From Podarcis melisellensis (taxonomy: Eukaryota): a DNA stretch of 64,000 bases. The notes under the pieces were generated by a model. It was given only the letters and a program-made list of their open reading frames with translations. It did not search any database and was not told where the DNA came from. Below, one piece after another: positions 43,110 to 56,487 of the stretch; the first letter of the stretch is position 1; every line of letters starts with the position of its first letter. The DNA lies in NCBI GenBank assembly GCA_964234715.1, contig OZ174292.1, one strand, 5' to 3'. Both the position numbers and the translations under genes were made by a program.

Positions 43110-43585
43110 GTGAGTCACAGTTGGATACTTATTTGTTTATTGTCAGGGGCTAAGCAGACATTGTTCCACCACTCTGCTGATGCACCATTATTATTTTAAT
43201 TTTAATTTTATTTTATTTTGCAAACTTAACAAAGAATGTAAGGGGAAGGAAGATTGGGGGAGAAGAATTGTTTAAAAAATAAAATAATAAATATAAAGTA
43301 AAAATAATACTGATAGTAACAGAAAAACACCATCGGGTCACATAATGGATAAATTTGCCAGCAGTGCATGCATCTTAAGTTAAACTTATAAGTTAATATA
43401 AGCCCTCTAGATGTCCAAAATAGGAAGCCACATAAAATTGACATCTATATGAAATATCTTCATATAGATGTCAATTTTATGTGGATACCTGTGGTCAGAG
43501 TCGTGAGGTCCTCGGACCATTGTGTAATAAATGGTGGAGATTTATCCTTCCAGGCTGAGTCTAAGTCTCTTAGCAAACATTAGAG

Positions 43586-43721
43586 CAGGCATAGGCAAAC
43601 TCCGGCCCTCCAGATGTTTGGGACTACAATTCCCATCATCCCTAGCTAACAGGACCAGTGGTCAGGGATGATGGGAATTGTAGTCCCAAACATCTGGAGG
43701 GCCGGAGTTTGCCTATGCCTG
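43586..43721. mobile_element. hAT-type palindromic MITE, 136 bp
   Basis: Perfect 58-bp inverted arms with a 20-nt spacer; 8-bp TSD CATTAGAG/CATTAGGG. Confidence 0.93.
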
Positions 43722-43973
43722 CATTAGGGCTTTCAAAGTCCACTTGCCCTGCTGTTAATCCCCATGCTATAACACTTTAAAAAGTTGTTTTCGGCAGTAT
43801 ACCTCCAACATCTGCCAATATTAGACAATGCCTTCCCATAAAAACATTGTGGAGTCCAGTACAGCAGTGGCAGAGGCAAGGGTGTCTCCCCACCCCCCTG
43901 CCGCCCCACTGCAGGTAAAACTCATGACCAGGGTTAAGAAACTAGTCTGGCTCACGGTGTTACTCCAGCTTGA

Positions 43974-44285
<312 letters not shown>

Positions 44286-44719
44286 TGAGTTGGGGTGGTG
44301 GGTTATCTGCTTCTGGTGTGCTTTATTTTTTTGTTAGGCACATGGGATGGAAGCATAGAAACCAGCAAGGCCAGAAGTTTCAAGTGACCTACTGCCAGAA
44401 CTCCAGGAAGAGCCCAAGCACCTGTATTTGGCCCACCGGCAATGTGATTTCAATACTTAACGACAAACCTGAACCTTGATCTATGCTTGTTGGTAGCCTT
44501 AAATCTTTGGTTGTCATTCTGCAGGGTCTTCATATAACATTGTTTGGTTCTGGGGCTGGTTGTACAAAATAGCTCTTGTACAGAATGTGAAGCAGACAGT
44601 TCATACTTTAGCGTATGGGGTTTGGGGTTGAACCTGATTGCATTGGCTTCACTTTGCTGTATTGTATGACACTAACTTACCTTCCCCGTCCTGGTGGTTT
44701 CTTTTTCTCTCTTTGGCAG

Positions 44720-44974
44720 CCCGACACCACAGCGCAGGCCTGCTTCGACTGTGTTGCCACCAGGGAGACCGCCAGCAGTGAGGGGCCCTATGCCAGGCCC
44801 CCCCTTGATCCCAATGCCAGCCGCAGGCCCTTCCTCTTTTGTGGCACCACCCATTCCGTCACGCCCTGGACCGCAAGGTGCATTTGTTGCTAATAATGAC
44901 CCTTTCTCAGCTCCTCCTCTGATTCCTTCACGACCAGCACGTGTTCCACCCGGCATCCCTCCAGGTGTGCCCAG
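44720..44974 (+). CDS. DNM2: DNM2 exon 19, proline-rich domain ([23 protein letters not shown]...[16 protein letters not shown])
   Basis: tggcag|...|gtaagg, 255 nt, SH3-binding PxxP motifs. Confidence 0.95.
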
Positions 44975-45040
44975 GTAAGGCATCCTTCAGGTTCTCTTCT
45001 CTTTGCTGCTAGAGCAGATACTATAGCAGCAGCTCTAGAG

Positions 45041-45152
45041 CTGGGATGATGAACCTGTTGCTGCCCAGTTGTTGGGCTGTAGATCCCATCATCCCTGATC
45101 ATTTGCCATGATGGCAGGGACTGATGGGAACCGGAGTGCAGCAGCATCCGGA
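45041..45152. mobile_element. Older copy of the same hAT MITE family
   Basis: Core cccatcatccctga...gggactgatggga, flanked by the 8-bp direct repeat CTCTAGAG. Confidence 0.7.
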
Positions 45153-45383
45153 CTCTAGAGCTTATGCGTCTTAATTTCTTTAACCCTGTATAACAATTTC
45201 TCGATTATCAAAATGGAATGGGAGAATTCAGACCTGAAAACTGGAACATGGACCATGCAATATGTTAGCGTGGTACAAGTGCCTTAAAACAACTGCCTTA
45301 GAACAGAGGAAATATGTGAAAGCAGGATCAGGTGTAACCTTTCCCTTCAGGGCCAAAGATTTGCTTCTGCATTTTTCTCTCAC

Positions 45384-48300
45384 CTTTTTTTATTATATGC
45401 TTTATTGAGTTTAAAAAGAAGTAACAAACAGAAGGGTTATCCAGAAAAGAGAAATAAAAATGGTAATATTTGTTCCATCATATCACCTTACATTCTTCTT
45501 GAGTTTCTAGCGACTTCCCATCACCCCATTATGTATCTACCACTTACTCTATCTAGCACACTGTTTATTTTTGTTTCCTTTTGTTAATTTTCATCAATAT
45601 AATATTCTCTTATAATTATCCATCATACTACAGAAGTCATTCTAGACCTGCCACTAGCGTCATGTTATTACAGTAATCTTTGATATATTTTTTTATACAC
45701 GTCCCATTTCCTAGTAAATGTTTGATCTGTATGACCTCTCAGTTTTTCTGTCATTTTTGCCAGCTCGGCGTATTCCAACAGTTTACTTTGCCACTCCAGC
45801 TTTGATGGAATTTTCTGTCCTTTCCAATTCATAGTGATTAATATTCTTGCAGCTACCGTGATATACAAGAATATTTCTCTCGCATTTTTAGGGATGTCTG
45901 GGCCTAGTATCCCCAGGAGGAAAGCCTCCGGGTTTTTTTTATGAAGGGTACCTTAATCATTCTTTTGAGCTCATTATAAATTACCTCCCCAAATTCCTTT
46001 ATTCTCTTACATATCCATCACATAGGTAACATTGAGCCTTCCGCTTCCCCACATCTCCAGCATTTACTTGACATGTCCTTGTACATTTTAGATAGTGGTG
46101 TCAAATAGCAGCGGAATTGCATCTTCATAAAATTATCTTTCAAGGTGTAGCATGTGGTGGTTTCATGTTAACCTTCCATAGATTTTCCCAGGCACTCATT
46201 GGGATGCTATAGCCAAAATCTTGGGGCCACTTGACCATTACAGATTTTACCTCCTCCTCCATGAGGAGAGAGTTTTCACTTTAGAGTTAATCAGTTCTTT
46301 TTCTAATCTGGAGGGTTCTGTTGCAAAGCCATTTCTTTTGTCTAATTTGACATTTTTTAGTTTCAACTGGTTTTCTTCCTCTTTTAATAATACTTTGTAT
46401 ATTGGCCAATTCCCTTTCATATTTTTTTCTTCACTGCTAATGCTTCAAAGGGAGATATCCACCATGGAGTTCGATCTTTGTATTTTGCCCAAACCTTTGC
46501 CCAGATCTTTGTATTTTGCCCAAACCACGTAGAGAAATTTCCTTATAATTTGATTTAATTTTTTTGTGGATCTTAACTTTATCATAACCTAAGTAGACAT
46601 GCCAGCCATACCAGTTGTCATGTTCTTCCAGGTCTAGAAGGCCTGTGTGCTGTAGTATACACCATTCCCTGATCCAGCAGAGACAGGCTGCCTTGTACAG
46701 TGGTGCCCCGCAAGACGAATGCCTCGCAAGACGAAAAACCCGCAAGACGAAAGGGTTTTTCGGTTTTTGCGACGCTTCGCTAGACGATTTTCCCTATGGG
46801 CTTGCTTCGCAAGACGAAAGCCCATAGGGAAATCTCCGGGGACCTCTTTTAAATGCTGGCGGTGGGAAGCAAAGCCTTCCCCCCCCCCTCCGGACTTCAG
46901 AAGAGGTCCAGGAAGGCCGGCGGGGGCGAAAGGCATTGCTCCCCACCGCCAGCATTTTAAAAGCGGTCCAGGATAGCAGGGAAGCGCTTCCCGCTATCCC
47001 GGATGGCTTTTGAAGGCAGGCGCCTTCGCTGCCGCCCGCCAGCATTTTAAGATCGCCCCGGGACAGCGGAGAAGTCTCCGCTGTCCCGGGAAGGCAGGCG
47101 GGGGGGGGGGAGCAAAGACTTTCGCCCCCTGCCAGCCTTCAGAAGAGGTCGGGGGCGGTTTCCATAGGAACACATTAATTGATTTTTAATGCATTCCTAT
47201 GGGAAACCGTGCTTCGCAAGACGAAAAACTCGCAAGACGAAAAGACTTGTGGAACGAATTAATTTCGTCTTGCGAGGCACCACTGTAATATAATGTCAAA
47301 TCTGGCAGGGGAAATCCCCCTCTTTCTTTGATATCAATTAACAGTTTATATGTAATCCTGGGCTTTCCCCCCTGCCAAATATGTAGAGATGTCTCGTTGC
47401 AAGTTTTTGAGGCAGCCTGTCACTCCAATGCCAGGGATTGTCTGAAATAGGAAAAGCATTTTTGGTAAGACATTCATTTTAATGGTGTATATTCTCCCCC
47501 CAAAAGATAAATTTAATCTGCTCCATATTTTTAAATTTCTTTTAATTTCAATCCAGGTTTGAGCATAGTTATCTTAGAATAAATTGATGTTTTTCGGCGT
47601 AATCCATATTATTGACCAAGAGCTTTGTTTTGGAACGGTTTAATTTGAATCCCACTACCTGTCCAAAGTTCTTATTTATTTCTAATACCTTTAATAAACT
47701 TCCTTTTGTATTCTCTGTCATAATAAGATCATCGGCAAACGCCTTTCGTTTATAAGCTTTCTCTCCTAGTGTTATTTCTTTTATGTTTTTGTCTTCCCTT
47801 ATTTTTTTATTCAACTCTTCCATTACCAAAATTAATATTAGTGGGGATAGCGGGCATCCTTGCCTTGCCCCTTTTCTTATTACACAGTCTTCTGTAATGT
47901 AGCCATTGATGATGATCTTGGCCCGTTGATCAGAGTATATAACCTCTATTCCTTTACAAAACTGTTCACCGGACTCCATTTGTTGCATCATTCTTTTCAT
48001 AAATCTCCACGAGATGTTGTCAAAGGCTTTCTCTGCATCCACCAGCATTAGTACTGCTGGTTTGTCACTTCTGATTTCTAACTATTCCAACACGTTAATG
48101 ATATTTCTGATGTTATTTTGCACTAGGCGTCCAGGGAGAAAGCCGGCCTGGTCTTCGTGAATGATGTCTTTAAGAATCGTCTTTAATCTTTTTGAAAGTA
48201 TGTCGGCAAATAATTTATAATCATTATTTAAAAGGGATATTGGCCGATAATTTGAAACAATTGTTAAATCAGTTCCCTGCTTGGGAATTAAGGTTATAAA

Positions 48301-48930
48301 GCTTTCTGTCCATGATTCCGGTAGTTTCCCAGTCTTTACTATGTCATTCATTGTGTCCTTCAGTGGTTCAAATAGCGGCTCTTCTAGCTTTTTATAATAA
48401 TTTGCGGATAGGCCATCCAGGTCCGGGGCCTTCCCTGATTTTGCTTTATTGATTGCCTGTTGAACTTCCAATGCAGAAATAGGAGAATGTAAGAGACTGA
48501 GTCTCTCCTTTGAGATCTTTGATAAATTGTTCTGCCCTAAGTATTCTTTGATTTTATCATGATTTTCTGTTCCTTCCCTGTATAGTTCTCTATAAAAATT
48601 TACAAAGCTTCTATTAATTTCCTTTGGGTCGTCAGTTATCTTTTCTCCAATTTTAATTTTATTTGTTATCCTGTCATTCTGGTTGTTTTTAACTGCCAAG
48701 CTAAGAGTTTGCCAGGTTTATTTGCAAATTCAAAGTTTCTATGTTTTCATATCTTAATTTTTCATTCAATCTCTTGGTTAATAATCATTGAAAATTGTGT
48801 CTGGAGCATTTTAATATTCTCTGGTTTCACCTCAGATCATATAAATCTTATGCCATTTTTTCCTCTCCTTTGGTGCTCAAGAGTCGTCATGTTTCTTGAA
48901 ACTGCATATTCTTCCTTGAGTGGAATTTCT
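45384..48930 (-). mobile_element. 5'-truncated, decayed L1-clade LINE (ORF2 with RT domain) in the last DNM2 intron
   Basis: Minus-strand ORF fragments with RT motifs [58 protein letters not shown]; poly(A) tail near 45384; stops and frameshifts. Confidence 0.92.
46698..47285. mobile_element. Tc1/mariner (pogo/Tigger-like) MITE inserted into the L1
   Basis: TA TSD at 46696-97 and 47286-87; TIRs CAGTGGTGCCCCGCAAGACGAA / TTCGTCTTGCGAGGCACCACTG; CpG-rich, so probably young. Confidence 0.92.
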
Positions 48931-49910
48931 TTTCTTTCACTGTTGCAGGCTTTGCAGAGGAGGAAGCATTGTCCATTTCGAAGCTCGTATGAGATTTAGT
49001 GGAGTGTATTATGGGAATATGTCTAGTTTTGAGTTAGAGTGCTCACAAGCAGACTGGTTTCTGTAGCCAGTGCTGTGTTTATTTCTCAAAACAACAGAAA
49101 AGAAGCAGAATTTAGCTGCTTGAGAATTTCAAGTTTCATCTTGAAACTGCTAGCTCTTACGACTTCAGAGATGTGCATATGTGTAAAAAATAAAGAGAGG
49201 AAAGATGGAGGAAAGCCCTGTAGCCCCCTGTGTAGCCAGCCACCTCCACAAAGTTAGCAGAAGCAGAATAAACTAATCTACACAGTAATCTACACACTTT
49301 GCAGAAGTTAGTGTTTCTTGTTGCAGAATTTAGTTTATCTTCACACAGGATTTTTTAATATAGAAATAGATTACACCCTGAACATTTTATTATATCAGTA
49401 TATTGGGCAGTCTCAACATCATATGGTGTTTGGGGGACGCAGGGACAGACAGAATACAGTGCCCTGGTACTACTCATTGTGTTATTGAGCTGGCTTGTTC
49501 TCTGAAGGAGCTGTACAATCCAGTCTCTCGCATACCCTGCATAATGTTCACCCAGAACCACAGCTACAGAGTCAAGCAAATTGGATTTTGGTGTCGATCC
49601 AAGTTACCCCTACTAGTCATACCAAAGGCAGCCTTTTTTTTCCAGACAGGTGAAATAGTGGGAGGTTGAGTGGTTCTAAGCTGTCTAAAGAATAGTGATA
49701 AATGATGGCTTCTACCACTTCTATTTGTTGGCTAAATGTGCCACAAAATGTACTATTCTGGGCATAGAATTTCCCAGCTTAAGTGGGATAGTGGAGTGGG
49801 CATGAGAGTTGTGGGCATTAGCTTCACTTAACAATATTTCACAGTGACGTCTGTCCAGTTCTCCCTTTTCCGGTATTCATTTCTCTCCATCTGTTTTGTT
49901 CTCTCTACAG

Positions 49911-49980
49911 CAGAAGACCCCCTGCAGCACCGAACCGGCCCACGATTATCAGGCCTGCTGAGCCCTCCTTATTAGATTAA
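49911..49980 (+). CDS. DNM2: DNM2 last coding exon ([22 protein letters not shown])
   Basis: ctacag|cag|aaga tandem acceptor; TAA stop at 49978-49980. Confidence 0.95.
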
Positions 49981-52056
49981 CTACAACCACTACCAGGGAG
50001 AGCTGTTGCTTGTTAACTATATTGTGGAGAGAACTCATGCCTAATCTCTTGTGTAAAAGAGCTCTTTGCAATTGTGATCAACTGTAGCCAAGGCCCGTTT
50101 CCCGCTTCCTTCCTGTCTCCTTCCCTCCAGTAGCAGTCACCATGGGATGGGTGCTGTGGGTTGATTACTTGTAAATAGCTCTGAGAGGCCAAGCATTCCT
50201 TGTAGTAGTTCCCTCTCTGTCTTTGGGTCTTGGCTGGGGAGGGATTTGGTGACCTGAATCTTCTCTGGAAAATTGCAGGGGAGGGGTAGTTTCTTCACCC
50301 TCCTCTTGGTGGCCACACCAGACCCATTCCACATGGGAACATGGAGTATTCTGTTTTGTGGAGTTGTTTTGCACTTTGTTGAAAATACAGAAAGGATCCC
50401 CTAGTTGAGGGATTGGCAAGGGATTGCCTGTGAATGTGTGAAAGTGGCGAGTTTGCATTTCCACCAACACTTGTGCATTCAACACGTAGAATCTCCCTTC
50501 GCCATTCACATTAATTGGGTTTGTCCAACTCCTCAACCTCCCCACCCGGCTATGGATTTATTTGTATTATAATATATATATATATAATCTCCCCCGCCTC
50601 CCCACTTCGATTGCCTTTCCTTTCTCCCTATAAATTTCAATGCAAGATTTGATCAGTTTATTTCCATTTTGTAACTTTGAAGGGGTAAAAACCAAAACAA
50701 AATGATGGGACTGCAGATAGCAAATTGCTTATAAATTCAGTTCACTGAACTAGAGCAAGATTTTGCCAAGCAGAATAATTGGAAAGAAGGTGGCACTGGG
50801 TTGCTTTTAAGCCTCAGGTATAGAGTTGATTTGAATGCCATGCCACTCTCTGCACAACCAGTGTTCATGCTTAAACAGAGGCAGCTCAGCTGTAACCTAG
50901 ATAAGCATGACTGTTGGTCCCTCCTAATTTATACCAGGGAGGCATCCAGGTGGCAGGGATGTCTTAGTCACTTGGAGCTGTAATAGCACCTGGCTGTTCC
51001 CCGAATTGGCTATGACCATTTGTCACCTGCCCAGTCCATATGGAGAAGTGCGTGTGTGTGTGTACCAGGGTTTCGAAGTGTTTTATCAGGATTGTGATCC
51101 TCTGCACGGATTGTGGTCTCTGTTGGAAAGCCTTCCCCTCCCTAATCAGAAGAGTGACTTTGTCCCGTGAAAGAAATGCCCTGTGCTTGAGATCAGCTGT
51201 ACTGCAGCTTACCTCTGTGCCTCTAGGCTGAGGCAGATTCTTCATGGCAAACTGTGTCCATAATAGATCTTACGACACTTGTGACACAAGGTCCCACAGA
51301 AGCTCTTGTTAGCATCTGTGGTCTTTCGGAGTGGGACGTTTGTGTGTTTGGGTTGGCTGCTCTACCTGTAGAGCCTCGGAGTTTGGAGTAACACTGGAGC
51401 CTTCTCAACAACAGTAGTAAAGCACTCTGCCCTCCCTGGGCTGTGGTTGTATATATTTCTTATGAAAGACAGACTGTATTAATACTTGTATAAATTCTAG
51501 ATTTTTAAAAAAGAGAAATCATCAGTTAAGCCCAGCCCTCATTATACAAGGCTATCAGGGATACCTCAGCCCTTCCTGAGATAAGATAAAAGGAACAGCC
51601 ACACATACACCACCTGCCTTAAATGTTTTTTTCCCTTTCTGCCTACCTGCAGCAGTAGTTCCTTGCTTCGTGTCCTGGAGGATATGACACTTCCATAGAC
51701 GGTGCTAATTTTGTGCCTTTACTGCTTGAATTACATGCTGACTGCCCTAATAACCAGTGTTGCCTTCCTATAAATGTCCCTCTACTTCCAACGTCGCTAT
51801 CATGGACTTTTGACCCTCTCTTGCAGTGCATTTCATAACCTCGTGCCACCTACTGCCCACTGGTCACTTCTCCGAAAGCTGGCATTTGCTTGGTAGCATG
51901 GACCTCTACTTTTAATTCATTGTGTTCATATTTGCTTCCTCTTGACTCTTCCTGTTACCATGTGTGAAGGGGCTGTGGGACCTTCTCTCCCTCTTCTTTA
52001 GATGGAAAAAAAGATCCCAACAGTTTGAGATAAGTGCCTCCATTATGTATCCTATT

Positions 52057-52072
52057 AATAAACTAAAATAAA
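52057..52072 (+). terminator. Probable DNM2 polyadenylation signals (two AATAAA), implying a ~2.1-kb 3'UTR
   Basis: AATAAA at 52057 and 52067, followed by a GT-rich downstream element (~52108-52140). Confidence 0.65.
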
Positions 52073-53137
52073 GGGAAATTTTGCTGGTGGAAAATCTCTG
52101 GCAGCCAGTGGTGTTGGGGTCTCTGTGTGAGTGTGTTGTCTTTCATTGGTTCTCAAAATTTCTACACTCAGGAGGTAGTGAGCAGAAGAAACTAAAGCTC
52201 AAATGGAGTTTCCTTGAGGCACTTCTATGCACCAGCCTCCAACTCAAATGGTTGATTGTTTGGCCCTGTTCAGTTTGACTTTTGGATGGGAGGCAGTTGT
52301 ACAATATCTCAGTAAAACAAGCTAAATGTAACCCCAGTTAATAAGGCTTAAGGACATTTAGCTATGGCTAATATATTAATCTTATATGTTTATGACTACA
52401 CACAGCCACTGATTCCTTACATATAGGTGCTGTTTAAGTGCTGTTTCCTGCCCCTTTCTCAAGTGATCATGCTCAATGTGATAACATCACAGTGCTTCAT
52501 ACTCAGGCAGATTTGGCTGTGTGCTGGTATCACTAAGGGCAAATGAAGTCTATTTACAGTAGGGGCAATGTGTTCTATTACTGGTCACACAGGGTCCCCT
52601 AGACAATGAGTGAACACATACCAATTGAACAGCATTTGCAGTAAAGGATTAACCCAGTTGTTTTTAAGTGCCTCCTCACTCAGAGGACAGGTACCCCTCC
52701 TCCCTCTCAAATTAAAACAAGTGATCATGCAACAACCAAATACAAATGAGCAAGCTTTTGCAGACAGCCTTTGCAGGGCACATTGGGACATCTTTTTGCA
52801 GCTGCTGCCTGCCATAGTAGTTTCATCATGGCCAGTCCCTATAGAAAAATGTACCTTGTGGACAGCGGTGATCAAGCACTCAGAAGGGCTGTTACATGCT
52901 CAGCAATTGCACCTACCTGGGGACGTCTCAATACAAACTGTGTACCAGTTAGAAGATCTTGTTGACTAGCAATGAAGAATGTGTTCATACTGAAATACTT
53001 GCAAGGAGATCCATGCTGTCAGTCTTCGTGACAACTTCAGTTCTTGAGGAAAGGTACATATGCCATACTTTATAAAGCACCTAATTAGCATGACCTACAA
53101 GATTTGACCAAAATGCATAATACTTTCATTATATAGT

Positions 53138-53425
53138 AGTAATTATTATTATTATTATTATTACCCCAGCCACTCTGGGCAGCTTCCAGCAAAATATTAA
53201 AATCCAATGATTCATCCAATATTAAAAGCTTCCCAAAACAGGGCTGCCTTCAGATGTCTTCTAAAAGTCAGATAGTGGTTTATTTCCTTGAAAGCTGATG
53301 GGAGGGTGTTCCACAGGGTGGGCACCACTACTGAGAAGGTCCTCTGCCTGGTTCCCTGTAACTTCGCTTCTCGCAGGGAGGGAACCGCCAGAAGGCCCTC
53401 GGCACTGGATCTCAGTGTCCAGGAT
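53138..53425 (-). mobile_element. 3' end of an L2-type LINE with (ATT)n tail; shorter copies near 2975-3155, 30910-31030 and 61780-61960
   Basis: Shared motif aaacattaaaa-cttccct...ggctgccttcagatgtcttctaaaagt (partial in some copies) next to (ATT/AAT)n-like repeats. Confidence 0.65.
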
Positions 53426-54833
53426 TACATTATATAGCAATGGTGAATAACTACAAGTATGTTCACATTTTCCACTACTTTAAAAAATTTAAAGCTTGCA
53501 GTTTATTATAATTCTGGAGTTATCTCTCGCAAACATGAAGAGCAGAATAACGAAGGATGAACAACCATCAGTCCACCTCAAGAATGAATTTCAAAGCTAC
53601 CTGCTACCTACAAAGTTATGTTCAATCTTCACTGTTGCAGGCAGCATGTCTCAGACTTCCCATAAGCATCTGGTTGGCCACTCTGTGTGTAGAATGCACG
53701 ACCCAGAAGCTCTTATGTAGCATATTTTTGTTTTACAACAAATGCGTTTTTCAATTCCGTCTCTTAAAAAAGTTATTTACACTTTTTATGGATTGTTTTG
53801 TGTACATCCATCTTGCTAGCATCACTAATTTGGCTGTAAATCACAGCACAGCATTCTATTACTATACAAGTCCATTTAGAGAAAATTCAATTTTTTGGTT
53901 ATAAAAATAGTTTAGTCAGCTAATTGTAAATTTGATGATTTTAAAAAACCTGATTTAATATGAGAGTTAAGGCTCTCATATACTGGCTCATGCTCCACAA
54001 AGTTCAAATAGCAGAAGTGGAGACTTGATACCTTAACAGGTGTACCCTGTAGTCAGGAAAGGGTCACAAATTGTGCTTGCTTGCAACTTTCCATCCATGT
54101 CTCCACATTTTTTCTTGGTCCTTCAGCTCCAAATCAAGATATGGGGGGGGGGGGCGGGGAGTGCCTGGGACCAGCAGAAGTGTCCCACCTCCTTGTCTTG
54201 TTTTGACTTGTGAAGTATCTGGGCCCAACTCTCTTGCTAGAGGGATCATCTTGTGACCTTGCTCATGCCTCTTTGCGGGTTACATCAATAATTGGTGGCA
54301 TATATTAAAAGAGTTGGAGACGGGCTCTCTTTAAGCACCTTTCACAATCCTGCTGATGCTGCTCAGAGAAGGTTTTTGTATCACTAAGTGACATGAGGGT
54401 TCAAATTTCATGCTATGGATTTTGTATTGCAACCTGAAGAATGAGAGAAAAATAATACATTCGCTCCTGTAGCGACGTTCCCACCAGAAGGTGTGCTGCA
54501 AGACATCAAAATGCTTTGGAATCGGAGATGCTTGGGGCAGGAGAATAAAATGGGCTGAGTGGTTTGACATCACAATTTAAATGAAATGAAAAGTGGGAAG
54601 TGTTCAGGGCATAGTTGTCAATGCTTCCCTTTTTTTAAGGGAAATTCCCTTATTCCGAATAGGATTCCTCGAAAGAAAAGAGAAAAGTTGACAGCTATGG
54701 TTCAGGCCCATCTTCCTGTGCTTACTACCTCTAGACAAGAAGCACTCTCAAAAGGAAAAGTATGTTACCAATCTTCTTGTAACCCAAGACCAATGACAGA
54801 TTCAGGAGAGGACAAGCTCCAATTCAAAGACCA

Positions 54834-54839
54834 TTTATT
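54834..54839 (-). terminator. Candidate TMED1 polyadenylation signal
   Basis: AATAAA on the minus strand ~1.65 kb after the stop, followed by GT-rich sequence on that strand. Confidence 0.45.
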
Positions 54840-56487
54840 GAACCACAAGACAATGGCCTACACAATCTTAGAAAAGGGGTGAACACTGGCAGCCTCCCAT
54901 TGTTATGCCAGGCATTCTCTGACAACAGGAAGCCCAAACAAAGTCTTTTTATAGTATGAGCGCACACAGCTGTTTCTTGCCGCCAGAGTCCAGCTGATCT
55001 GGGATGCAGCTATGGGAACTGGCAGCATCCTGCCCTGAAGAGCAGCCAGTGGGATAGCATTGAATAGTTAGCTCGGACTAATGCACTGCCACATCCAGGG
55101 AAATTTTAACGTACTAAGAATGTGAAGTGAAATGCAGCAGCCCATCTGAAAGGCTATTTGGGGGTTTCAATTACTCTTGAACGTTCAACTTTAATCTCCA
55201 GTGAAAGTACCAGGAGTGTATTTCAGAAGTCCCTCAATAATGTCTATAGTGAGGGCACAAAGTAAACTGCCAGGGCAGTGCTAAATTCTTCCTTTGCCCA
55301 CTTGTTCTACACAGCCCTCTCCCAGTCTGTCTCACTACTGATATCAGAGCTGAGCAGTCTGCTGGCGTACCTGTGGCAGGAAGAAGAGAAGATGCACCAC
55401 CCGTGCCCACTTTAAATGCAAATGTGCTTCAATCACAGCATGTAACACAACACTAATCTGCCACCATTTTGTAATTTAGGCCCAAGTTATACTTGTGAAA
55501 TTTCTCATATCCTAAATCTAGTAAGGAATTCCCAAGGTGCTCAAGTCCTGAGCAGAAGAGAAACAGAGGAGAATTCCACCAGATGTATTCAAGAGCTCGT
55601 GTGCTCTGCAGGTCAGCCTTCTATAATCAGGAGTTTACTTGTTCACAGTTCCTAACATTTAAAGATACTTGAAAAATCTTGGAAAGGCAATAATTTCCTC
55701 CCAAGGGAATAAAATTCGCCACATTCTGATTGCTTTCTGCTGAAAATCGGAATGCTAGATCAGGGACACGCTAGCACCAAATGAGTGCAAAACAAGGCTT
55801 TTTTACCCTTTGCAGATTGCTGACCATGGAAGTATTTAGCAGTGACTATACTCATGTAGTCATGCCTGAGGAAAATCAAACCCAGAAGCCTGGGTAGTAA
55901 AGATTACCAATTCCACTAGGAGAGTTTTCTTAATGCCCTTAAGTATTGGGGGCTTCTTAGGGCAGGGAGATTTCATGGAAAAAGCAGAGGCTAGGAGCCT
56001 CTCAACAGCAAAAGTGGCCGGGGCGTAGCTGCTTCCAGCCAGACCAGCGACTTTTGCTAAGGCACATGTTGATGACGTCTGATGCAGAATATCAAAGTTT
56101 TAAGGCCAAGAGGCAAACTCCGCTGCAAGCTGTAGTACATTGAGAAGCACCGGCCCTTCATTGTAAACAGAGGAGCTATTGAAATGTATGAAGAACAGCT
56201 GGTTTTGCTTGTTGTGTACTGCCTAACAACTCCAATTCTTGCATTCCCTCATCCTGCTCTCAATTTCGACAGGTTGCCACCATTGCACAAGATGTGGGGG
56301 TGTTCAGTCCCCCCCCCAAATCCCTCCCTTACCTTGGCTGTGATATTTTAACCCCTTCTGTAAAGAGACTCACGACAGAAATGGCAGCTACACTTGGGAC
56401 AGTACTGAGCTTTGGCAATATGGGTGCTGGCATTCTTCTGGACGCCTGTCCCGTATAGGTAAAAAGGGGGTGCCGTTTCTCCTCCTG

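Noticed and set aside
46705-47275. Repeated CGCAAGACGAA units as a CRISPR-like array
   Set aside because: Eukaryotic context, irregular spacing, and location within TIRs with a TA TSD identify these as MITE subterminal repeats.
47569-48699. RT-domain ORFs as an active retroelement or domesticated gene
   Set aside because: Broken by stops and frameshifts, 5'-truncated, and interrupted downstream by a MITE.
48940-49660. Acceptor-like sites (48948, 49326, 49645) as alternative DNM2 C-terminal exons like those of DNM1/DNM3
   Set aside because: The resulting peptides show no recognisable similarity and nothing else supports them.
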